The notes beneath the pieces are model-generated. The model searched no databases, was not told the DNA's origin, and saw nothing but the letters and a program-made list of their open reading frames with translations. The translations under genes and the position numbers were made by a program. Positions 47,882-61,779 of a stretch of 64,000 bases of DNA are shown here, one piece after another; the first letter of the stretch is position 1, and every line of letters starts with the position of its first letter. Source of the stretch: Haplodiscus bocki (lineage: Eukaryota); the NCBI GenBank assembly GCA_965655095.1, contig OZ296651.1, positions 30,256,001 through 30,320,000 on the forward strand, read 5' to 3'.

Positions 47882-49501
47882 GAAAGAAAGACTTTATTTT
47901 CCACATTCGCATCTTAATTGACACATAAACTTGAAAGAAATATCCAGCATATGCACATGTAGAGGACCCTCCATAATGTCAAGCTTTTCGAGAGAGGACC
48001 TGAAAGCTCCAAAGCTATGTAGAAGCATTTGTTAGTTTAGTTTCTCAGACTTTGAAATATGAGTTCGGCTGGTGTCTCAGGGCAACTGTTTTTTGCTTCT
48101 CTTAACTTATGCATTAGTTGGTTTTCTGACTATTGAAGTATGTTATCGGTAGAGTAATAATTTGCGATGGAGTAATTTAATACTTTAGAACCGCGGTTTT
48201 TTATAGACTGATCTTCTCGCAAATTAGAAGTACGAAGATGGTAAAAGGCACCGCTACTTACACTCCTCGTTTCATGAACATTAACCCGTGTCTTTTAGAA
48301 GCTGTTAAGAGAATAGGAGCAGTTTTCGCGCACTGATTGAAGACAGAATTTAAGAAGCTCCATAGCGTACAACTCGAACACATTTAAAAACCCATTTTGG
48401 AAGAAAAGTTCTCGACTAGGGTGAAATTGCGGCTCAAAGTGAATTAAGCTGAGTATTTATTTTTGAATGATGTAAATGGGGTTCAACCGGTGTCTTGATG
48501 TACAACCATACACCAACAAACCAAATGTGAAGATAGGTTCGATATATTTCCGGTAATACTTCAATAAAGTCCCCCTGGGTACGTAATGTCTCAGTCGAGC
48601 TATGACGGACAATTGCTTCGAAAGTTTTTTCACTATGTGTTTGATATGGGAGTGAAACGAGAGTTTAAGATTAATATGAATCTCCAAATACTTTGCACTT
48701 TCGTCAAATACTAAATTTACGCCCATAAAGGGAACATTAGATGTTTGGTTGAATTGCAGCATTTGTGTTTCTGGAATGTTGAGAGCTAGCTTATTTAAAC
48801 TCATCCACGATGGAAGACTCATTAGTTCTTTGTCGAGACACGAGGTCAATGATTTCCTTTTAGAGTATATCAAGTTTGCGTCATCAGCAAAAAGATACGT
48901 GGTCACATTTGGGCAACATTTAGGAAAGTCACTTATGTAAATAATAAAGAGTAAGGGCCCCAGTGTGGAGCCCTGTGGAACACCACAATTGATCGGCTCA
49001 AAGTTTGACCATTTATTGTTTACAAATACAGCCTGTTTCCTGTTTCTTAGGTATGATTCAAACCAATTATTCACAATTCCCCTGACACCGCATTGTGACA
49101 GTTTTTCCAATAATCTGTAATGATTAATGGTATCAAAAGCTTTTCGAAGATCTAGCATAATACTGGTAAATTCTTCATCAGTGCCTGATCGTATGTTCTC
49201 AATGATCTCTATTAGCGCATCTACAGTTGAATGCTTAGATCTAAATCCAAATTGCTTCTCAAAAAGTATGTCCTTTTTGCCGAGGAATTTGTTTAGACGA
49301 TTGTACATGATTTTTTCCAGTACATTACTCAAAACTGGTAGTAAAGAAATTGATATAAAAATATCAACGTCGGCTTTACTGCCAGATATAAATAGTGGAA
49401 TTACTTTGGAATTTTTCAGACAGTCTGCAATTTCGCCATGACTAAACGTTTGATTTATTAACTTTTGTATATATGGGACTATAGCCAGATCTGAAATCTT
49501 T
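47882..49501 (-). mobile_element. CR1-group LINE 3' half (RT + 3' end), copy 1
   Basis: QFGFRSKHST, LDLRKAFDTINH, GVPQGSTLGPLLF and LFADD. 3' end aataaa followed by a (cttt)n tail. Confidence 0.9.
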
Positions 49502-49878
49502 GGGCTTTTCTTATTAGTTAAATATGAGTTAATAATAGCTCCAATAAGAAGGGTTCAAATATATGTTGCATGCTTTGGACAAATCAACTAATTAGTTAAT
49601 TTGGTTTAATCTTTTTAGAAAATATTACAATGGGTTTACCAGTCCCGAAGTAGTTTCATTGATTTTAATTCATTCTATTTTCATTCTTTGGGTACTCAAT
49701 TCATATATTTTTTGTTTAATATGATTTTTAAAGCCCTTCTTTCATATTTCAGACTAAATATACTTTAGATGGTAATTCTACTGATAGTTTTCTTTACTGA
49801 AAAGTACAATGAAATTGTTGAAGTGGTGGCACAAAAACGAAGCGACAAATGTGCTTACGAACAATTTGCAACTCTTAC

Positions 49879-50059
49879 CGCTTTTAACGTCGGCGGATGT
49901 AGACCGTGGAGGCCTCACACCTAAGCTTTCTCGTCTCATTCTTCGTTCCCTGCCGTCCTGACTGGAAGCCAATTTCAACCCCGGGTTCAACAATAAGCAC
50001 AGAAAAAAGAGGCAGAAGATTTTCAGCATTGTAAACGCTGGTCCACTACTAATAGCCAT
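49879..50059 (-). CDS. Signal-peptide exon, copy 2
   Basis: Intact ATG, frame and g|gtaaga donor. One L-to-F difference from copy 1. Confidence 0.6.
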
Positions 50060-51300
50060 TGCTGCACTAATAAAAGCTCACAACAAAAGCAATCAAGTAA
50101 AAAGATGCAATTCCACCGAATAAAAAAAGTATCTACAAGTTATGGTGCACATAAATGAACAAACTGGCATTGTTTTTCAGGTTGTGGGAAGAGACTTCCT
50201 GGTATTTTATGCTGAGTGTTCAAACTAAATTCTGCGTAGTTACTTCGACAGCTTTCTGTTCAATCCGTAAAATCGATAAAAAGATCAATATTGGACTTCT
50301 ACACATCATCTATTCACATCATCAAAAAAGAACTTCAAAATACTCCTAAAGAAAAAGTTAATTTACTGATGTGCTTCGTTTCATACAGCATCACATACAA
50401 GTTTAAAAACCACATTAGAGAGACCCTCCAAAAGCTCAAGCTGGTTTGTTGAAGTAGGACCCTCAAGCAAGTCATTAGAAATGGAGTAAAGTAACAGAAA
50501 ATTCCTTCGGCAATCAGTTGAACAGAGTTATTTCTCAGTTGTAGTAGTAGTAGAAAAGATTCTATAATAAGAATATAAACAATGAAATAAACCCAAAGGG
50601 AGCCTGGACGGGAAAATGAAAAGACCATGACAATTAACAGCAATTACATTCAATAAAACGTTGACAGGTTTGTCGTTCATAAGAATCTATGAAATAGTTC
50701 CATATTATGAATTTCAAGTTCTTCTTCACTAGACTGTGATCGTTGTGATAAACTTATCAAATATGTGGACAAGAATGTTAGAGCCTCTTATCGAAAACTC
50801 TGTTGGGTAGCCCGCAAGAGATTACAGAGAGAGGTAGAAAGTGGAAGATCACCGGAGGAGACAGGGCACTTCTGGATCTGGAGACGATCTCCCTTCTTCC
50901 AGGTTGCAACATTCCATATACACATTGGAATTTCACTGCCCCCGCCCCCTATCCCCACAAAAATATTCATAATTAATTATTCATTTATTAAGTTAAAAAT
51001 TTCGACATTATTTTTCGCCGCTTTGTAATGTTCCCCTACGAAGTTTTTCGGTAGTGAGACAACAAATTTTCTATAGAAAATCATGATATTCCCCTCTTAA
51101 GCATACAATTTTTCAATACCCGAAATTAGTGACGCACTAAAGGGTTCCCCAACGAAATGTTTCGGTACTGTGAGACAAAACAATTCTGACGGAAAATCGT
51201 GATACCCGCCCCCTCTCTTTTCCCTAACATTTGTCGAAATCAGAAATTTTTTAAAACACAGAAGGGTTCCCCTATGTAAAATTACGGTACTGTGAGACAA

Positions 51301-52919
51301 GAAAGAAAGACTTTATTTTCCACATTCGCATCTTAATTGACACATAAACTTGAAAGAAATATCCAGCATATGCACATGTAGAGGACCCTCCATAATGTCA
51401 AGCTTTTCGAGAGAGGACCTGAAAGCTCCAAAGCTATGTAGAAGCATTTGTTAGTTTAGTTTCTCAAACTTTGAAATATGAGTTCGGCTGGTGTCTCAGG
51501 GCAGCTGTTTTTTGCTTCTCTTAACTTATGCATTAGTTGGTTTTCTGACTATTGAAGTATGTTATCGGTAGAGTAATAATTTGCGATGGAGTAATTTAAT
51601 ACTTTAGAACCGCGGTTTTTTATAGACTGATCTTCTCGCAAATTAGAAGTACGAAGATGGTAAAAGGCACCGCTACTTACACTCCTCGTTTCATGAACAT
51701 TAACCCGTGTCTTTTAGAAGCTGTTAACAGAATAGGAGCAGTTTTCGCGCACTGATTGAAGACAGAATTTAAGAAGCTCCATAGCGTACAACTCGAACAC
51801 ATTTAAAAACCCATTTTGGAAGAAAAGTTCTCGACTAGGGTGAAATTGCGGCTCAAAGTGAATTAAGCTGAGTATTTATTTTTGAATGATGTAAATGGGG
51901 TTCAACCGGTGTCTTGATGTACAACCATACACCAACAAACCAAATGTGAAGATAGGTTCGATATATTTCCGGTAATACTTCAATAAATCCCCCTGGGTAC
52001 GTAATGTCTCAGTCGAGCTATGACGGACAATTGCTTCGAAAGTTTTTTCACTATGTGTTTGATATGGGAGTGAAACGAGAGTTTAAGATTAATATGAATC
52101 TCCAAATACTTTGCACTTTCGTCAAATACTAAATTTACGCCCATAAAGGGAACATTAGATGTTTGGTTGAATTGCAGCATTTGTGTTTTTGGAATGTTGA
52201 GAGCTAGCTTATTTAAACTCATCCACGATGGAAGACTCATTAGTTCTTTGTCGAGACACGAGGTCAATGATTTCCTTTTAAAGTATATCAAGTTTGCGTC
52301 ATCAGCAAAAAGATACGTGGTCACATTTGGGCAACATCTAGGAAAGTCACTTATGTAAATAATAAAGAGTAAGGGCCCCAGCGTGGAGCCCTGTGGAACA
52401 CCACAATTGATCGGCTCAAAGTTTGACCATTTATTGTTTACAAATACAGCCTGTTTCCTGTTTCTTAGGTATGATTCAAACCAATTATTCACAATTCCCC
52501 TGACACCGCATTGTGACAGTTTTTCCAATAATCTGTAATGATTAATGGTATCAAAAGCTTTTCGAAGATCTAGCATAATACTGGTAAATTCTTCATCAGT
52601 GCCTGATCGTATGTTCTCAATGATCTCTATTAGCGCATCTACAGTTGAATGCTTAGATCTAAATCCAAATTGCTTCTCATAAAGTATGTCCTTTTTGTCG
52701 AGGAATTTGTTTAGACGATTGTACATGATTTTTTCCAGTACATTACTCAAAACTGGTAGTAAAGAAATTGATATAAAAATATCAACGTCGGCTTTACTGC
52801 CAGATATAAATAGTGGAATTACTTTGGAATTTTTCAGACAGTCTGCAATTTCGCCATGACTAAACGTTTGATTTATTAACTTTTGTATATATGGGACTAT
52901 AGCCAGATCTGAAATCTTT
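51301..52919 (-). mobile_element. CR1-group LINE 3' half (RT), copy 2
   Basis: Duplicate of 47882-49501 with an extra 1-bp deletion near 51988. Confidence 0.9.
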
Positions 52920-53296
52920 GGGCTTTTCTTATTAGTTAAAATTGAGTTAATAATAGCTCCAATAAGAAGGGTTCAAATGTATGTTGCATGCTTTGGACTA
53001 ATCAACTAATTAGTTAATTTGGTTTAATCTTTTTAGAAAATATTACAATGGGTTTACCAGTCCCGAAGTAGTTTCATTGATTTTAATTCATTCTATTTTC
53101 ATTCTTTGGGTACTCAATTCATATATTTTTTGTTTAATATGATTTTTAAAGCCCTTCTTTCATATTTCAGACTAAATCAACTTTAGATGGTAATTCTACT
53201 GATAGTTTTCTTTACTGAAAAGTACAATGAAATTGTTGAAGTGGTGGCACAAGAACGAAGCGACAAATGTGCTTACGAACAATTTGCAACTCTTAC

Positions 53297-53477
53297 CGCT
53301 TTTAACGTCGGCGGATGTAGACCGTGGAGGCCTCACACCTAAGCTTTCTCGTCTCATTCTTCGTTCCCTGCCGTCCTGACTGGAAGCCAATTTCAACCCC
53401 GGGTTCAACAATAAGCACAGAAAAAAGAGGCAGAAGATTTTCAGCATTGTAAACGCTGGTCCACTACTAATAGCCAT
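53297..53477 (-). CDS. Signal-peptide exon, copy 3
   Basis: Intact ATG, frame and donor. Protein identical to copy 2. Confidence 0.6.
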
Positions 53478-54260
53478 TGCTGCACTAATAAAAGCTCACA
53501 ACAAAAGCAATCAAGTAAAAAGATGCAATTCCACCGAATAAAAAAAGTATCTACAAGTTATGGTGCACATAAATGAACAAACTGGCATTGTTTTTCAGGT
53601 TGTGGGAAGAGACTTCCTGGTATTTTATGCTGAGTGTTCAAACTAAATTCTGCGTAGTTACTTCGACAGCTTTCTGTTCAATCCGTAAAATCGATAAAAA
53701 GATCAATATTGGACTTCTACACATCATCTATTCACATCATCAAAAAAGAACTTCAAAATACTCCTAAAGAAAAAGTTAATTTACTGATGTGCTTCGTTTC
53801 ATACAGCATCACATACAAGTTTAAAAACCACATTAGAGAGACCCTCCAAAAGCTCAAGCTGGTTTGTTGAAGTAGGACCCTCAAGCAAGTCATTAGAAAT
53901 GGAGTAAAGTAACAGAAAATTCCTTCGGCAATCAGTTGAACAGAGTTATTTCTCAGTTGTAGTAGTAGTAGAAAAGATTCTATAATAAGAATATAAACAA
54001 TGAAATAAACCCAAAGGGAGCCTGGACGGGAAAATGAAAAGACCATGACAATTAACAGCAATTACATTCAATAAAACGTTGACAGGTTTGTCGTTCATAA
54101 GAATCTATGAAATAGTTCCATATTATGAATTTCAAGTTCTTCTTCACTAGACTGTGATCGTTGTGATAAACTTATCAAATATGTGGACAAGAATGTTAGA
54201 GCCTCTTATCGAAAACTCTGTTGGGTAGCCCGCAAGAGATTACAGAGAGAGGTAGAAAGT

Positions 54261-56247
54261 CCAATGATACAGTACAGTTCAATGATGCGAACTTCATTCT
54301 CGGTTACGTTCCTTCCAGATAATTTATTTAAATCCCTGTAAAACCGCTTGGGTTGTTTCATTTTACTCTCGAACATCCTGCTGTAGAAAAGATATTTGTC
54401 ACTTCTTATCAAGCGATTTGAACAGTTTCTCGAGGCAGTATACCGCAGTTTATTTGCCGATCTTGGGTTTGCAAGATATTGCTTCAGATATTTATCGCCA
54501 AGTAGAATTTGATTTTTATTCTTTTTGCTATACCAAGGTATATTGTTTTCGTTTTGGACGAATTGTTTTTCAACAGTAAAACTGACGGTGGTTTCGTTTA
54601 TCGCTTGAGTCAAAAGAGAGAAATTATCATTCACGTCTGAAGCAAATGGGGTGTGTAACAATCTTTCATGAAGACTACGCATGACTTTTTTTGAGTTATT
54701 ACTTTCTGCTCTTTTGTTCGACAGTATGGTGTTATCACTTTCGTTGCATAAAGATCTGTTATAGATAGATTTATTACATCATATGTTTTTTGCAAAATAC
54801 TATTCTGAAACACATGATCTAGAAGAGCTTTAGATACCGGAGTGACACGTGTTGGCTTTGCTATATGTTGGGTAAAGCCACGGAACAGCATTGATTCGAT
54901 ATAGTTGTTCGAAGCAGTATTGGTTTCGAGCAAACTGATAATCATATCCCCAACAATATAACAAGGGTGGTTGGGTTTTGCTAAAATCGAAAACCTTGTA
55001 GACATTTTTTGTATGAACGTTAGCTTATCACAAGATGGCGAGTTATACACACATGCAACTATAAAACAGTTTTTTGACGCATTTGTACCTTTCACTGCAA
55101 CTGCAGGTAAGCTCTCGTGAAATTCGACAACTTGATAGCGAGGCGATTTATGTACATGAATCCCAGAACACTGTTTCTATTGAATCCTGCGTGCGAAATC
55201 AACCTGTGATAGTCCTGTATTTCAAATAGACCCAACGTAGAGTCATCTGACAGCCACGTTTCTGTCAAACAAATAATAGACGGCTTGATTAATTTTTGAT
55301 CTTCAATAAACATCAATAGGTCGTCAAAATGACTTTCGAGCGATCGAATGTTCATATGAAAAAACCATTCATTACCTTCTACTTCTTGTTTTTTACTATT
55401 ACGAGGGTCTTCTACTGAAAATTTGGTTTATCAGCACATACAAGCATGACCAAACCCGGATCCCATTTGTATAATTCATGCAATGTATGAAAAACAAATT
55501 TATCATTATTGGTTTGATACACGATTATTTTCTCATTGATCATGTTTGCAGCTTTGACATCCGTTTTTTCTTTGAACGATTTTAGAAGACGCGCCCTCAG
55601 TTGAGTGATATCATCATCGATATAAATAGGCCTACCTGACTGATGTCGCGAACCACTTTTCTTTTTCATCAAACAGTTTTGTTTCTCTTCGGACAAACTT
55701 CACAGTAATAGGTTTACTTGATTGTCCTCTTGCAGGGAGACGATGGTATACACTAATATCACTCTTACAAATTTAAACACCTCTCCCTTCCACCACATCC
55801 ACAACCTGCTGATTTACATCCTCTCCTGTTTGCTCTTCCACACCAAATAATCTGACATTTTCTCTTCGTCCGTATTGTTCATTGGCATCCGACAAAATCA
55901 AATTTGAGAGTCTAGTCTCTTGTACTTTTGAATCAACATGAGTTTCCTTCCGCAACTTTTCAACTTCCGTAAAGGCACAGTAACCACAAAGAAGGTGTCG
56001 CTCACTGAAATTTTTTGGCAGTCCTGTAGTGAGCCAGACCGGTACCCATGCCACACATCCATTTCCATCTTGACCAGGTCCACTACACTCTATCAAGTGA
56101 TTCTTGCCATCTTCATCAGTAAACATTTCGTCTGATACACTAGTTTTCCTTTGAGTCACCTTCTTTGGAGGCATCACAATATGTAACTTTTTATTAAGTT
56201 TTTCACAACAAATAGGCTTTATCACAACAAGAATAAGTTTATCACAA
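54261..56247 (-). mobile_element. CR1-group LINE 5' half: ORF1 (PHD-like + RRM-type) and APE endonuclease
   Basis: ORF1 motifs IEC..C.AW..LLCGYC, EQYGRRENVRLFGV and IYIDDDIT. APE motifs MNIRSL, CLTETWL, IVGD and PTRVT..LLDHVF. Confidence 0.88.
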
Positions 56248-57599
56248 TAAAAATATCTCTGTAGAAAATCCTGATTTTCCCATGTTACGCATAAAATATT
56301 TCAATTCCAGAAGTTTTCTGAAACACAGAAGGGTTCCTATACGGAATTTTTTGCAACTGACACAAAAATTTTAAAATGGAAAATCTTGATACCCTTTTGC
56401 ATAAAGAACAGAAATCAGTGGTGGAATTGATGTTTGTAAAAACTTTTCGAATACTAATTTCGAAAGAGTCGTGTTGTTTTTAACCGTTTGCAAAAGTTCA
56501 TCAAAACTTTTGTGATTGGGCAAAAAAAGAGCCGGTGCAAGCCGGCCATTGTGTTATCTCTCTCAATTGTAGCTGTCACCCTTTCTTCGCCCATGCAGGG
56601 CACAAGCGGCAGATTCAAACCAAACGTAGTCCCAAGATTTTCACAAATGTAAAGCTTTGGTTCCACAAGAACGAAAGAACCCATCCCAAGCCGGTTCAAC
56701 ATTACATTCGTACAGATGGGCAACGTTGATCGAAATTTGCTAAGTAGTTGAAAAATACGCGCCAAAGAGTTAGAGTTGGACACAATCAAAGCTGGTTTCA
56801 TTGAGCACAGATCTTCACCCGAAGTATCAACGAAAACAAGGAACTTTTTAACAAGTCCTACTTTCGGGAAATTCAGCCCTGATGCTCTAGTACTCCCGGA
56901 AAACATAGCCCTCTCTACCATTCAACTACTCAGCGAAAAAATTTTTGGACTTGACCGCAATTTGGAACCCCTTGTGGAATCCAAATTTTCGTAATTTCCA
57001 TATTTTCCAATCTATTCACTCCATTTGTGAATGAAAACTTGTCTTTTTTGAAAGGACTGTAATCATTTTTGATTTGCTGGAAATCAAGCTTTCACATATG
57101 CATTTCGCTAACTCCTGTATATTTTCAAATTGTTGACTGATAAGCCTTCCCCTTCCGCTAAGAGAACTTGGAATCCTTGCATCATCAGTTAACGACATCT
57201 GCGCGGCGGTGGACTCTGGTGCATCAGGTGTTCTAGCTATCTGCACCTTTCATGCCGGGGTCTAACAAACGAAGAAGATTTTTAACAGGTAAACAATTGC
57301 GAGATAAGCTCTGCTGAATTTTGAGTTCCAAAATATCAAGCCGCAACCCCATTTGTTTTTTCTCACCCATGCTTGTGGGCATCTCTAACAGACAACAAGA
57401 CAAGGAATTTCTTCAAAGTTTACAACAAAATCATACACCGGAAGCCCGTATTTTTCATTCTCGCCAAAAACAAGACATGAAACGAATTTTTCAGTCAGCT
57501 CAGCATACTTCTGTAACTTTTGGCGGATAGAACAAGCCATAGTAGTGTCAGAGTGAGAATTGCAAGGGCCATACCACATCTAGCGAAGACGAAAGACTC

Positions 57600-59620
57600 A
57601 TGTCATGGCTCGATAGCCAGTACGATCTCACGGAGAGTAAGCCTAATGAATACGCCCGCACTGACTCACCTTACATAAAACCAAGCCAATTGTTAACTAT
57701 GGGGAAAATATCCATCGGAAAGTCAAAACAGCAAATTAGCTCGTTGTCCTTGCGTTAATCTTTGAAAGACCAATTTGATTTCCCGGAAACGACAACAAGT
57801 TTAAAAAATTCATCAAAGATTCCGTCAGAACACGGAAGACTTATTATCGTTGAAGGTTTTAACTGTCCAGAACTTCATTGTACCATTGACTGTGCACGAC
57901 GTTTTCAGTCGAGAGTTTCTTTTCCCTGAAGCAGTAGAAGATAGTTTTTTTAAACGTCCGTGATAAGTACCAACCACACGAGCTCTGGCTCCTTTACCTA
58001 GTTGACAAGCCAAGCTATAACCCTCATGTCTTTTGACCTCAAACCGTCTACTGCAAAAATCTAGCAGACATCGATTGATGCAACATCCAATTCTTGGTTA
58101 AAAGCTAGGGATGTGAAGAGATTAAGCAAAAAAAACTCAGTTTGAATCGATGCGAACTGTCATTTTTGAACGGTTAACTCAAATGACAGAGACGAATAGT
58201 GGTCAAGAAGGTTCAGAGAAACTTAAAATAGAAAAGGATGCGACTACGGAAAAAACGATTCAGAGTTAACTGTGGTCGCCAAGAAAAGAGCACTGCTCAT
58301 CACGAAACGAAGTTGGCCGTCGAAAAGAAACAAGTTGGAATTTTTTCTCGATACCACTTTCCAAGAACCAGCCAGATAAGTCGAAAAATCTAGAGACAAG
58401 GTATGCAATCTTACAAGCATGAATGCCATGAATTAAAAAATATAGGCTAAAAACCAACCCAACAGCATTCCTTAACCTTTCTGGAACGGTGTTAAAAAGA
58501 GAACGTTGTCTTGGCAACGGATACCAGATTTAGAGCTAAGGGAAGTGACCACAACCACAGACCTAGAGAAAGCTAACATTTCATTGACTTTGTTTCAGCT
58601 CTGTCTTCACTCATGAGCCACTTCGATCTTGGGATTTCGAAAAAACGACAAGTGTTCACGTTACTCCGGGGGCACGTTTCACTGCATAAACAGTTCTGCT
58701 GGAGCTCAAACATCTAAATGTCAACAAGTCGACGGGGAACAGGCATTTTCCACGCACGTGTATTTTCTGAACTGAGACACGAATTAGCAAAACAACTCAT
58801 TCTTTTTTCCCAGCTGTCTTGGGGTACGGCCGAGTTCCTTATAGCCTGGAAAGGTGATAATACAAAAGCTGTTTTCAAAAAAGTTCCCGATTTGACCAAA
58901 ACATGTAAAGGCCCTTAAGTCTAAGCGGGTTCTGTTCCAAGATCAAAGACGCAGCTGTCCGAGATCACCAGAGGAGGTTTTTGATGAAACACGATATGCT
59001 GAGCTCAAATAGTACAGTTTTTTACCAGGTAAATCAACCATATTTCGTTTTTTGAAAGCAATGGACAGTTTGACACATGCTCTGGATGGTTATAAATGGT
59101 TCAAACAATCTATTGAACGTCCGAAAATCTTTCTATAGCTCCTTTCAACAAAAATTGATACACTTCAATGAGAAAAAGTGGCATTACAAGGAAAAATTTC
59201 GCCTGGTTGAACACTTTTAAAACCCATTAGGAATAGATTGTTTTTGTGAACGGAAGGTCCTCAGAATGGAACCCCGAGCATAGTAGCATACTGCATTCTC
59301 TTGGTCTGTTTATACTATGAGTCAGTTTTTTAGCACAGGCTCCGTCTTAGAATTTTCATTCTTTGCCGACGATGCCAAGTTGTACCGACAAAACGCAAAA
59401 AAATGTCCGTTTAACGATATAAAAAAAGACCTAACGAAATTAACCGAATGATTGGAAAAAATCAGCTGAAACTTTTGTCATAGATGTGTGAAGCTTGCTG
59501 TTGAAAAACCCCAGCTCAGCCCCAATGTTGCCAGTACACTTCGATTGAAAAGAAATTCAACAATAAATGTCATGTTCGCTTCAAGGAAAAATGAGATATC
59601 TACCTGAACGGACGATACGT
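57600..59620 (+). mobile_element. Highly decayed LINE (RT remnant)
   Basis: YSFLPGKST (~59012-59040) and FFADDAKLY (59359-59385) at RT-like spacing. Limits are approximate. Confidence 0.55.
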
Positions 59621-61779
59621 GAAAAACAATTGAAGGTTTTTCCCTAATAAAACTTCAATGCATTTTCTGTAGCCAAAATTGCATAGAGGTTCAAATGCTA
59701 TGTTCTGTTACTTTCTCTCTTTCCGATTTGAACGAGATCAAAATATCATGTAAACAACATATGATATTCTGTAGAAAGCATTGCTGATCAAACAAAAGCA
59801 TCTTCAGCCATCTGAAACCAAAGTGCAATGAAAAAGACAGACTCCGATGATGGCTCTAAGTAACTAGAACAGATATAAAAAGCCCCGGAATACTCCAACC
59901 AAATAACCATAAGCCACTATAGGTGCCCTCTGTGGCGTCCATATTTTTAGGGTTTTAAGAGAGACGGCAAAAAACTTCCTTCGGAAAAATCACTTCGCTA
60001 AGTTCACTATTAAATCCCCCCTTTTTGACACACAGTAGCATATTCATTAACAGATAAAGTTTTTTTGACAGTTATGGACAACTAGATAGCGATGGACTGG
60101 GTCAATGGCCCATACGAACTTCCTCGGCTTACATCCAAACAGTGTAAACATCCGACTCAACCTTTATCAGTTTTTTCCATCAATTTCCATACGAACAATG
60201 AAAACAAGCTGTATTGACTGCCATTCTTTGTAACATAAATTTTGTCACGTCAAAAAGAATTGAAGACTTGGTTAAACAGAAGTGCTACTGTATGTAATGA
60301 ATTAATGATAACTTTGATAATTGACAACTGCGTTAACTTCGATTTTCACCTAAACAATGCCTTAGTGATTTAACAACCCCATTTACAAACAGCCGAGAAA
60401 TATGAGATGCGCTGTTAGTTTATTACAATGGATTTCGTCAGATTTAGGAATAGCAGCCACTAGACAATGAGTAGCAAGAATGGTGATAGACGACACGATG
60501 AATTCCTACGAAAAACAACACAGCTTAAAAACAATGTAGAACAACAATGAGGAAACCTTAAATGCAGTAAAAAAAAGTGCTGATTCTTTACATTTCACAA
60601 TTTTTTTATTTACCTGACGCGTAATATTGAAGGATTCGTTATAATCCCCCATCTTGTATTTCTGCAAATTTACTGATCCAAATTTGAATCATTAGCATCT
60701 TGTTCGAACGTAGTCCTCACAGTTTTAATGGATTCGCGTTTTACTGCTTGACTATTTAGTTGGCGATATAGCCAAAGGGCCAATGAGATCCTTTTGATCA
60801 TAGGAAATGCGTCTCAATAACGTTCACGTGGCCACGAAAACCCACCAAGCACTAACGGAAATTTGCCGCCATCAATGAGACAACCAATCTTCGCCAGCAG
60901 AAAAATCTAAGAAGCACAGTGCTGAAAACATATTCTCAGTCGACTTCACTTACAATAACACTCTCTGGAATATTATCAGTTCACATCCACTCCGTAATTT
61001 TCATCGTATTTAGAATCAAACTTATGTGAAAATCCGAAAAGCGTCTATTTTCCTCGTTTTTTTCAAGTCTTGATTTTTGAAAGTCTGATTCTGACTCTTG
61101 CCGAAAAAAAACGGCAAAAAATATAACACAAACTAAGGGATGAGAATGAGTGAAAAGATTAGTGTTCGAGACAATGGAGCCGGTAGTTAATCGAAAAATC
61201 CACTTGAAGAAATTCTTGAATTTCTAATTTTGACTAAAGGAGCTGTCAACGAAGAAATCAAAGGGTTCATCGCCGCACTGACACATCAAATAGACAAACT
61301 GAGTACACACTGCATCTAGGCCCCTACCACAGCAGTGATTACAGTACCTGTTCTGGTACAGCCGCACATGAGCCCGAGAATGCGGCACCAAGGACGACCC
61401 GGGAGTCAACTGGTAAAAGCTTGAATTTCAGCAAGCAAATTGCCGGCTCAACGAAAAACACACTCGCAAAGTTTTCACTAAAAAGGTTGACTGGCCAGTT
61501 TCCTGACGCTGGAACAAGTGAGACGCTCTACAATGCGGCCTTCTTTACATTAGGTTCTTCAATACTTGTAGCCAAAACTGAGAAAACACCGGTTCGGCAT
61601 TGAAAATGTTGAGGCCTGTGACGTGATTGTCGGAAACGCTTTTAAATTGTCTTACGGGAGATGTAACTGCAGATGCAACATACATCGACATTTTAGCAGA
61701 CACGATAATGAGGCAGAAAGATCGAAGTATAGGTAGTTCTGAACATCACCAACGAATTCTTCTAACGCGCGCATCTGCT

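Larger units (their letters stand above)
46129..54260. repeat. Tandem triplication, period 3412/3418 bp (copies 46129-49501, 49502-52919, partial 52920-54260)
   Basis: Near-identical sequence and ORF sets repeat. LTR ends fall at 46217, 49629 and 53047. Copy 3 diverges after gaggtagaaagt at 54260. Confidence 0.97.

Noticed and set aside
56454-57070. 155-aa ORF next to the satellite
   Set aside because: No motif recognised; likely part of an unclassified repeat.
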